The notes beneath the pieces were generated by a model. It was not told the DNA's origin and did no database searches. It worked only from the letters and a program-made list of their open reading frames with translations. Shown here in pieces: positions 1 to 7,356 of a DNA stretch of 64,000 nucleotides (the stretch's first letter is position 1; the number at the start of each line of letters is the position of its first letter). The position numbers and the translations under genes are program-made. The DNA lies in sequence record PP430345. One strand, written 5' to 3'. This DNA is from Escherichia phage vB_EcoM-LTH01.

Positions 1-2
1 GA

Positions 3-164
3 TCAACGTCCTACATGAAGGCAGAGCACATTATTCGTATTCTTCCACTCGACCAGTTCGATGAAGAAGAAAAGAAAAAGGATAAACTTGTTTCCGATTA
101 TCGTGAAAAAGAACTTAAATTAAGACTTGACTTGTTGGAACAAGCTGGTGTAGACTATATCTAA
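3..164 (+). CDS. hypothetical protein, 5'-truncated by window edge (ends ...LEQAGVDYI)
   Basis: Open frame 3 from window start to TAA at 162-164; same strand as downstream early genes. Confidence 0.3.
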   Translation, partial: STSYMKAEHIIRILPLDQFDEEEKKKDKLVSDYREKELKLRLDLLEQAGVDYI

Positions 165-187
165 CTTGAAACGAAGAGGATAATATA

Positions 188-454
188 ATGTCAGAAAAAA
201 CTTTAGTTGGTATTGAAAAAGCTTTCATCGAATCTTTTGATGGGTGGGATGAAATTGATTGTGGGGTGATGTATTTTTACGACGTTGTGTTAAAAGAAGA
301 ATATAAGCATCTCGTACCAGAAGGAACTGCCTCTGTAGGTATGGCTGTTAGTTCGACTGAGAGCTATGTCCAATTTAATTTCTTCGACAAGGACGACAAA
401 GCTACAACAAAAGCTTTCGAGATTAATCTTACTTTAGGTAAAGAAAAGTTATAG
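188..454 (+). CDS. hypothetical protein
   Basis: ORF track; GAGGA-type RBS upstream; tight packing with neighbours. Confidence 0.5.
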   Translation: MSEKTLVGIEKAFIESFDGWDEIDCGVMYFYDVVLKEEYKHLVPEGTASVGMAVSSTESYVQFNFFDKDDKATTKAFEINLTLGKEKL

Positions 455-475
455 ACTACCGAGGGGAATAAATAA

Positions 476-733
476 ATGAAATTTTACTCAGCAAAACATA
501 AATTTAGCGGTGAATTTGTTTCATTTTGGCAGACTGCCGACGATGATGGTTTTGTACATACAAAATTAAGTCTTTCTAATAACGAAAGGGACACACCTTT
601 TGTGACCTCGTTAGAACAGGTAGCCAAACTGATCAAAGGTAATCTTAACAATGATTGGTCTATTATTGTATACGATGAGCTTAAGGAAGCTGTTGAAAAT
701 TCAATGCTTGAAATCGTAGTAATTGATATCTGA
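476..733 (+). CDS. hypothetical protein
   Basis: ORF track; GAGGGG upstream; stop overlaps next start (ATCTGATG). Confidence 0.5.
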   Translation: MKFYSAKHKFSGEFVSFWQTADDDGFVHTKLSLSNNERDTPFVTSLEQVAKLIKGNLNNDWSIIVYDELKEAVENSMLEIVVIDI

Positions 734-915
734 TGAAAGTCAAAATCTTAGAATCAAAGACCAAACTGCTTGAGCAACTTAAGTATTACGGTGTCCAAAA
801 AGATTCAATTCTTTTCGTGACAAAAGAAAGCGCGTCTGGTACTATTATTGCGAATAAGGGCAAGGGCTATCAATTTATGCTCTTGAAAGATGAATACGAA
901 ATAGTTGAAGAATAG
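733..915 (+). CDS. hypothetical protein
   Basis: ORF track; start overlaps upstream stop. Confidence 0.4.
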   Translation: MKVKILESKTKLLEQLKYYGVQKDSILFVTKESASGTIIANKGKGYQFMLLKDEYEIVEE

Positions 916-923
916 GAGTCACC

Positions 924-1160
924 ATGTGGCCTTTTAAAAAGAAAGAAACTGAAGAAAACAAACCAAGTTGTAAACATGATTTTGTCATTACTCAATGTAA
1001 TCAAGTTACAAAGGTAATGTCTCGCTTCTACGATACAGAAGAGATCAAGACAACAGTTGTGTCACGTATTTGTCGGCAATGCCTTGTACAAGAGGCTCAC
1101 ACTGTTCCAGGTCACATTGATTATTCTAAAGCTTTAAATATTTTTGGAGGTACTCGATGA
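924..1160 (+). CDS. small Cys-containing protein (possible zinc-binding)
   Basis: ORF track; CxxxxxxC ... CRQC spacing; GGAG RBS. Confidence 0.4.
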   Translation: MWPFKKKETEENKPSCKHDFVITQCNQVTKVMSRFYDTEEIKTTVVSRICRQCLVQEAHTVPGHIDYSKALNIFGGTR

Positions 1161-1543
1161 GTTTATCAAAAAATAGAAAAGAGTTTAATGAATTTATTGA
1201 CAGCTTGGCAGGAAAGCCTTATATTAATGCCATCGTCTCTAAATATCCTTTGGCGCATCTGACCTTTGTTCCAGAAAAGCGATTGTACCAACTGGAAGAG
1301 GATGAAGTATTTTGCTGTACGTGCGGTTGTGGTGAGGTAAAACCTATTATGGTCCCTTACCCAACATTGAGTGTTGTATCACATACCGACGGACTGGAGG
1401 AGGCAGTAATCCACGGTTTTTGGGTATCACCTTGTAAACAAAAAAGTTCTTTTGATGATGAAGGTATTGTTGAATACTATGACATTGAAGTATTCAATGA
1501 TAAAACTGGTGAAATTGTTAAAGTGGAGATCAATTACGAATGA
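1157..1543 (+). CDS. hypothetical protein with CCTCGCG cysteine cluster
   Basis: ORF track; ATGA overlap with upstream stop. Confidence 0.45.
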   Translation: MSLSKNRKEFNEFIDSLAGKPYINAIVSKYPLAHLTFVPEKRLYQLEEDEVFCCTCGCGEVKPIMVPYPTLSVVSHTDGLEEAVIHGFWVSPCKQKSSFDDEGIVEYYDIEVFNDKTGEIVKVEINYE

Positions 1544-1857
1544 AAATTGTATGGGGTTTTACTAAAATAATCTTTATGATCCTGTGCCTTGCTGTACTAA
1601 ACCCACATCGTTTACTGCTGGCCTTGATTCACCTTTTAGCTGCAATATTTAGTTTTATCGCTTGGCGACTAGAAGACCTCGCGGGCTTTATGGGGAAGTG
1701 CGTTAAGAAAGGCATGAAGAAATTCTGGCTTTTTGGTGAGAAGTTATTATCTGAGCCTTTACATAAGGAAATCGAAAAGCTGGATATTATTTTGAAGGCC
1801 GCAGAAAAGAAACTCAATCCGAATAATGTTGACAAGGAAAAGGATGATGGTGTATAA
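1540..1857 (+). CDS. putative membrane protein
   Basis: Two hydrophobic segments in first 45 aa; ATGA overlap. Confidence 0.4.
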   Translation: MKIVWGFTKIIFMILCLAVLNPHRLLLALIHLLAAIFSFIAWRLEDLAGFMGKCVKKGMKKFWLFGEKLLSEPLHKEIEKLDIILKAAEKKLNPNNVDKEKDDGV

Positions 1858-2050
1858 AGTATTCTGCGAATGGGATATTGGTCAAGAAGGTATTGCATTT
1901 GTTTCAGAAAAGGCAGCACTCAATTGGATAGAGGGTCAAAAAGATATTCTTCTGTCTGACATTGATGAGACTATAAAAAGTCTTATGAAGCAACGTCTTT
2001 TAGTTATTGAGCCACTAATTGTTATTGATGAAAAAGGAGAAAGAGTATGA
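1844..2050 (+). CDS. hypothetical protein
   Basis: ORF track 1826-2050; start moved to ATG 1844 after AAGGA RBS to reduce overlap. Confidence 0.35.
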   Translation: MMVYKVFCEWDIGQEGIAFVSEKAALNWIEGQKDILLSDIDETIKSLMKQRLLVIEPLIVIDEKGERV

Positions 2051-2655
2051 TCAAGAAGTTTGTTGCTTGGGTAAAATCGCTGTTTATTCCTCTGGAAGTA
2101 GAAACTGCGGCGATCGACAAGTATATTGCAAAGCAGGCCGAACAGCGTAAGGAGACTGAAAGCGTTAAATTCGGCCCAGTTGAAACACGCGATCTGGAAG
2201 AACCATTAAAAGAAAATGAGGTATTGGTTGGGGTAAACATCAAAGATAAGACGATGAAGGTTGTTGATATCTCTGTTGAACGACCAAAATCACAGGCTAC
2301 GCCGCCGAAACCGTTGGATGAACAACTGAAGGGTGTTGAATTACCGTCCTATGCTCAAGGTAAGAAATTACCACCGAAGGCAAAGCGACAGTATATTGAT
2401 CAGGCCCGTCGGGCAGCACCACGTAAGATGAGCGACTCTCCAAATGGGTATGGAACTAGCCAGGTTGATCCTCAGGTGGCAGCTTTAGGTGGTGTGGCAA
2501 CGTATACTGCTGTAATGTCCTCCAGTGAAGATCGTACAAGTAGTTCAAGTTCTCACTGTTCTTCAAGTCGGTCAAGTTCGTATGATAGCTCATCATCGTA
2601 TGATAGTTATTCTTCTGATAGTAGCAGCAGTAGTTCTTCAAGCAGTTGTGATTGA
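2047..2655 (+). CDS. hypothetical protein with Ser-rich low-complexity C-terminal tail
   Basis: ORF track; last ~45 aa are mostly S/D/Y. Confidence 0.5.
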   Translation: MIKKFVAWVKSLFIPLEVETAAIDKYIAKQAEQRKETESVKFGPVETRDLEEPLKENEVLVGVNIKDKTMKVVDISVERPKSQATPPKPLDEQLKGVELPSYAQGKKLPPKAKRQYIDQARRAAPRKMSDSPNGYGTSQVDPQVAALGGVATYTAVMSSSEDRTSSSSSHCSSSRSSSYDSSSSYDSYSSDSSSSSSSSSCD

Positions 2656-2722
2656 TATTTAAGAGAGGGGCCGAAAGGCTCCTCACATCGGGAGTAAGAG
2701 TTTTAATTAGAGGAGTGATGAA

Positions 2723-3124
2723 ATGCGTAAAGTATACCCTAAGAAGCCAAATGCCACTAAAACCCCACGCTACGGTTCTGAAGAATGTCCGCGAATCACG
2801 GATGAAGAATCTCGTATCGTTAAGGAAAATTTTGCAGAAATATTTTTGTTTGGTCCCACTAATAATGATCCGTACACTCTGTTGGCTGAACGTTTAGGCT
2901 CAGATCGCAATCGAGCAAAAACTGTATACTATGCTTGGGTTTATCGACAGAAAGGTCATTATTTTCGTCATGTTACTCGGGAGCGTCAAGTTCGTTCACG
3001 TTTAGTCTGTCGTATCAAAAAGTACACAGAATTCTTAAACAATCCAGAAACTATCTATCAGATTATGTGTCGTGCAGAAGATGAGGTTGACGAACTGATT
3101 GCTAAGGGGACTATCAAACAATGA
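2723..3124 (+). CDS. hypothetical protein
   Basis: ORF track; GAGGAG RBS upstream. Confidence 0.45.
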   Translation: MRKVYPKKPNATKTPRYGSEECPRITDEESRIVKENFAEIFLFGPTNNDPYTLLAERLGSDRNRAKTVYYAWVYRQKGHYFRHVTRERQVRSRLVCRIKKYTEFLNNPETIYQIMCRAEDEVDELIAKGTIKQ

Positions 3125-3272
3125 TGATTTCTCCAGAGATTTTTGTAACGTTTTTCATTATGGTTTCTCTTGCAGGATCAAGGTTTTTACCTTTCAACGT
3201 ACTAAGTGCGACATGGTTCATACTTGGGACAATATTTGCAGTAGAGACTACAAAATATTTTGGAGGTAGCTA

Positions 3273-3572
3273 TTGAAAAGGTTAATCATTTTATGTATAC
3301 TTCTTCTTGTTGGTTGCGGAGAGGGTGAAGATGAGCAGACAAAGCGATACAAAAATCTACCTTCTCTGATGCCAACAGAGGTTAAGGAGTTACACGAATT
3401 TTGCAAGAAGCAACACAATTATTACAACAGTTATGCGGTTGTTGTTGATGGTGAAGCAAAATCTGTAATTTGCAAGTTCAAAGATAGTGAACGTGAAAAA
3501 GGTATCTCCTCAGGTTATACGTGGGATGCTCAAAGTTTAAGAGATAAAATGAAGGGGGTTAAAAATGAGTAA
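3273..3572 (+). CDS. putative lipoprotein (TTG start)
   Basis: N-terminus MKRLIILCILLLVGCGEGED has signal peptide plus lipobox LVGC; GGAGG RBS at 3262-3266. Confidence 0.5.
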   Translation: MKRLIILCILLLVGCGEGEDEQTKRYKNLPSLMPTEVKELHEFCKKQHNYYNSYAVVVDGEAKSVICKFKDSEREKGISSGYTWDAQSLRDKMKGVKNE

Positions 3573-3753
3573 TGATCTTAGTTCACATGCGGTAATGGGA
3601 CCTGGTGGTGCACTGATCGGGATCGCAATCACAAAAGGTATTGCAAATGAAATTATCATGGAGTTTCAAAAGAAAGGTCGAACGGGTTACTATGCAACCC
3701 CTGTAGAAAGTTGGATGTTAGATTACTTTAAAGACGATACCGAGGAGGCTTAA
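3565..3753 (+). CDS. small Gly-rich membrane protein
   Basis: GPGGALIGIAITKGIA hydrophobic helix; overlaps neighbours by a few nt. Confidence 0.4.
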   Translation: MSNDLSSHAVMGPGGALIGIAITKGIANEIIMEFQKKGRTGYYATPVESWMLDYFKDDTEEA

Positions 3754-4340
3754 TGGAATACATTAGTTGGTTGTTTATCTTATCTGCGTGGGTTATCTTT
3801 GCTATCTGGTTAGCCCCTGTGATCATCGCTTTCCGTCGTAATCACAAGAACAAGGTTGTAATTTTAGCTTTGTCATTCTTTACTTCAATGATCCCTTACC
3901 CGCTTGCATTGTTTGCTTGTTGGATAGTTCTGTTGGCTTGGTCATTGTATAAAGTTTCAGTGGTCAATGATGGCTCAAAGTCTGCATATTTAGATTCTAA
4001 GTATCTTGAGTATGCAAAAGGACCGCAAGGTTTACCTGGTCCAATGGGTCCCCGTGGAGAGTCTGCTTATGAAACATACCTGAGAATTCTTCGTAAAGAA
4101 GATCCTAGCGCTATCCCACTAAATGAGAAGGATTGGCTGGATAGTTTAAAAGGGTTGGATGGTGACAAAGGTGATCGAGGGCCATCTGCATACGATCTGT
4201 ATTGCTTATCTGTATGGTCCAAAGGTGATGGTAAAGTACCTCTGTCTTTAGATGAGTGGCTAGAATCTCTCCGTGGTAAAGATGCAGACGAATTACCTTT
4301 ATCTAAAAAAGGTGTCGTTAGTCCACCAAAACGTCCTTGA
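3753..4340 (+). CDS. membrane protein with short collagen-like Gly-X-Y motifs
   Basis: Two N-terminal TM helices, then GPQGLPGPMGPRGESAYETYL and DGDKGDRGPSAYDLY motifs resembling modules of the collagen-like structural protein. Confidence 0.5.
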   Translation: MEYISWLFILSAWVIFAIWLAPVIIAFRRNHKNKVVILALSFFTSMIPYPLALFACWIVLLAWSLYKVSVVNDGSKSAYLDSKYLEYAKGPQGLPGPMGPRGESAYETYLRILRKEDPSAIPLNEKDWLDSLKGLDGDKGDRGPSAYDLYCLSVWSKGDGKVPLSLDEWLESLRGKDADELPLSKKGVVSPPKRP

Positions 4341-4394
4341 CAGAAAGTTAAGTGTGGGGCATAATGGCCCCACTTAAACAACAGAGGAAAGAAG

Positions 4395-4775
4395 ATGAGT
4401 ATTTTTGACGGTAAAGATTATTTGGTTGCTGATTGGATTCCTATCTCTGCGACACGTAACATTCACATTTACGATGGTGTTAAGAATTTGAATACGACGA
4501 TCATCTACACAAACAGTGAAGAAGACCGTGAAATGCAAATCATGAGTGTCTTCGGTATTGATGATGAGAATAAGATTGAAAAAGGTCGTGCTCGTATTGG
4601 TATCGACATTTTCGACCTGTCTGGTGACCAAAGTGCAGATCCCGTAAACATTGACCGTTCTCGTGTGTTTGCTCACAAAGAAGAACAATTTACGGAAGAA
4701 CTTATTAAAGACTTGCAGATGATCAACACTTTGTTTGATAATGTTCATGAAAAAGTTAAGCGAGTTTATCTCTAA
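4395..4775 (+). CDS. hypothetical protein
   Basis: ORF track; AGGAAAGAAG RBS. Confidence 0.5.
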   Translation: MSIFDGKDYLVADWIPISATRNIHIYDGVKNLNTTIIYTNSEEDREMQIMSVFGIDDENKIEKGRARIGIDIFDLSGDQSADPVNIDRSRVFAHKEEQFTEELIKDLQMINTLFDNVHEKVKRVYL

Positions 4776-4782
4776 AAGTTGT

Positions 4783-4811
4783 TTGCAATTCAAATAAGTT
4801 AGTTGTAATAT
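4783..4811 (+). promoter_or_regulatory. putative sigma70-like promoter (TTGCAA-17-TAATAT)
   Basis: Hexamers read directly upstream of the 4859 gene. Confidence 0.35.
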
Positions 4812-4858
4812 AGTTTCTCGGCCTTAAGTGGTGTGTTCAATAGTTAAAGGAGATTTAA

Positions 4859-6034
4859 ATGTCTGAAGTTAAAGTTATCAATGCTGTATACGATGCTGTT
4901 TCCGATACCACAGTAAACATTGCAGCAGGTACGATTGAACGTATCCTCATTAAACGTATTAATGAAGATGGTAGTCCACGCGTTACCACCTTTAAAGATA
5001 AGAATACAGGTCAGCAAAAAAGCATTAACAATACCCACCGCTATGCAGTTCTTCTGAAAGAAGGTGAAGACCAGGCTTGGATTTCTTTTGGTGAAGGTGA
5101 AGTTAAAAACCTGAAGTATGAGAATCAGTTCCAGATTAAAAATCCTGAAGGTGGTTACACTGATCTTAAAGAAGGTATGAAAATTCGCTTACCTGTTGTT
5201 ATCAAGACCTACACCAAACAAGATGGTAGTCAGGGTTCTTCTACGGAAGGTAAGAAAGCACGTATCAAGATTACTGACGCATCCGGTGCTCGTGAGCCTC
5301 GTCAGCAACAGCAGCAATCAAGTGGTTCCCAACAGCAGCAAAAGCCGTCTGGTGGTGCAGCTAAGAAGATTTATGGTGATATCACATCTATCGAAGGCAA
5401 TAAGGTAGTTGTTAAGCTGGAAGACGGCACAGAAGTTACTGTAAACCTCACTGATGAACAGACGGGTCAGATTACAGAAGGTGGTCGTATTGCAGGTGTT
5501 CGTTCAGATGATGGTACGGTTACAAGCTTTAAAGCTTACGGTCCAAAAGGTGCAAATACTGGAACAGGATCACGTTCAGGTAAAGGTAAAGACGATCTGC
5601 CTATTCGTTTAGGTAATGCACTGTCTATCACAGATGCGATGTTCCCGAATGAAACGATCGCAAATCAGGGTATTGTTGTAGAGCAAGTTCTTGCAGCGAT
5701 GGACTCCATTAAAGCAAAACTTCGCGAAGAGTTTAAATCTATGGATGATTATTCTTTTGGTGCTCGTTTAGGCCAGTGTGGTATTCTTTCTGCCCGTTGG
5801 GGAAGTAATAACATTGAAACGTTTATTGCTAAAACAGAAGAGAATTTCCGATTTATCTGTCAGTTGGAAGATAAGATCCGTAACGGGGCTTCAACCCCTA
5901 AGCAAGAAGAAAAGAAATCTGAGCCGGAACCGCAGTTAACTCCGTCAGCAGAAGATTCACCTACACCTGATATCGAAGGCCATGTGAATATGTCTGTAGA
6001 TGATATGGATTTTGACGACGATATTCCGTTTTGA
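4859..6034 (+). CDS. ssDNA-binding-like protein with E. coli SSB-type acidic C-terminal tip
   Basis: Strong RBS AAAGGAGA; C-terminus MSVDDMDFDDDIPF matches the host SSB tip; internal Q/G/S-rich linker (REPRQQQQQSSGSQQQQKPSGG); N-terminal fold not assignable by eye. Confidence 0.5.
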   Translation: MSEVKVINAVYDAVSDTTVNIAAGTIERILIKRINEDGSPRVTTFKDKNTGQQKSINNTHRYAVLLKEGEDQAWISFGEGEVKNLKYENQFQIKNPEGGYTDLKEGMKIRLPVVIKTYTKQDGSQGSSTEGKKARIKITDASGAREPRQQQQQSSGSQQQQKPSGGAAKKIYGDITSIEGNKVVVKLEDGTEVTVNLTDEQTGQITEGGRIAGVRSDDGTVTSFKAYGPKGANTGTGSRSGKGKDDLPIRLGNALSITDAMFPNETIANQGIVVEQVLAAMDSIKAKLREEFKSMDDYSFGARLGQCGILSARWGSNNIETFIAKTEENFRFICQLEDKIRNGASTPKQEEKKSEPEPQLTPSAEDSPTPDIEGHVNMSVDDMDFDDDIPF

Positions 6035-6054
6035 TCGTAAAATTTAGATAAAAA

Positions 6055-6084
6055 TAAAGGCGCTCATTTGAGCGCCTTTTCTTT
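6055..6084. terminator. bidirectional rho-independent terminator between convergent genes
   Basis: Hairpin AGGCGCTC-ATTT-GAGCGCCT flanked by A-run on one side and T-run on the other. Confidence 0.6.
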
Positions 6085-7318
6085 ATGCTGGAATAACTAT
6101 ACCTTCCAAGTTAAACTTCTGAGCTATCGTATTAGAGGCCGTAAAGTCAGCAGGGTACATAGCCCCTGTGTAACCTCTCCCTGTCCAGTAAAGATTACCA
6201 TTGCCACTAACAATTACTTTAAAAGTGTCAGCCAATGAGCCAGTCATATGGAGAATGCCGCCATCATCTATAATATCTTGATGTATGCTTTCAAAAGATG
6301 TTGCGTTGGTGGTTATAGGAAGATCTCTAAATAAGGAGTATGTGTATCCACCTTGTCCACCTGTCGATTGATAAACTCCATTAACCCTGTCAGAGATGAA
6401 TACTTGCAGTGCTGCCCTAGTGCTCACACTTGCGTTTGTATAACTGATCTGGTTAGTTAGGTAAACTTCAACTCCAGCAGGAATGCTTGCCATAGGTGCT
6501 AAATTAGGACCGAGGACGTTGGTTGAGTTTATCCCTGCTCTTGCTGCCGATCCAACTGCATCCCATGACCCATCTTCCCTCTGTGCAACAATAAGTATAA
6601 TAGATTGAGCACCTGAACCGCCAGCCGTGTTAGCCACTTGACCACGAGCACATTTTGCCCTAATATATCTTACAGAAGGGTCCCCAATAGTTGTCCAAGT
6701 TGATAATATTGTTCCGGCAGAAGTACCTGCTACTTGATCTACACCATTGTCGCCTCGGTATTTTAAAGTCCCATCAACCTCGACACGAATAGCATTATAG
6801 TTTGCAAAATACAGATATTTTGTTTTTTCACCCCAAGCTATTTGGGGTCCGTCTGGAAGAAGTCTATAAACAGTGCCGTCAGGTTGGATCGCATATGATC
6901 TAGCTATTTGTATTGCGGAAGATAAGATATTTACGCCGTCAACAATGTATGCAGATTCAGGCAAGACGTTCCAACTGTTTTGGAGAGTTGTGTCAACAGC
7001 GGGGAAGATTACGGCAGAGATATATTCATAGTGGTTATTATTTTTCTTAACCCATACACCGCCGTACAGTGTACTGTCTGTGCCTGCCTCATAAACTTCT
7101 TCGACACCCGTGTTAGTGAGTGTCCATCCAGAAGTTGCATTATTTGTGGTCCCTGTTTTACCAAGCCCGTTTAAATAATTAGATCCGGTTACATACAGAT
7201 GCCCATTAGTAAGCAAAATAAAAATATTTCCTGTACTGGTGCTTACGGCATATTTGATTGTAACGCCTACAGGCAGCGGAACACCGCCGCCGAAGTTAAT
7301 AATTGGAAAAGGGATCAT
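6083..7318 (-). CDS. putative tail fiber / receptor-binding protein
   Basis: Last gene of tail module, Gly/Thr/Asn-rich; AGGAGG RBS; family not assignable by eye. Confidence 0.45.
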   Translation of the reverse strand: MIPFPIINFGGGVPLPVGVTIKYAVSTSTGNIFILLTNGHLYVTGSNYLNGLGKTGTTNNATSGWTLTNTGVEEVYEAGTDSTLYGGVWVKKNNNHYEYISAVIFPAVDTTLQNSWNVLPESAYIVDGVNILSSAIQIARSYAIQPDGTVYRLLPDGPQIAWGEKTKYLYFANYNAIRVEVDGTLKYRGDNGVDQVAGTSAGTILSTWTTIGDPSVRYIRAKCARGQVANTAGGSGAQSIILIVAQREDGSWDAVGSAARAGINSTNVLGPNLAPMASIPAGVEVYLTNQISYTNASVSTRAALQVFISDRVNGVYQSTGGQGGYTYSLFRDLPITTNATSFESIHQDIIDDGGILHMTGSLADTFKVIVSGNGNLYWTGRGYTGAMYPADFTASNTIAQKFNLEGIVIPA

Positions 7319-7328
7319 TTATCCTCCT

Positions 7329-7353
7329 AAAAAGAAAAGGCCCCGAAGGGCCT
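7329..7353 (-). terminator. intrinsic terminator (GGCCC-CGAA-GGGCC hairpin + U-tract)
   Basis: Hairpin 7338-7353 followed on minus strand by TTTTCTTTT. Confidence 0.5.
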
Positions 7354-7356
7354 CTA

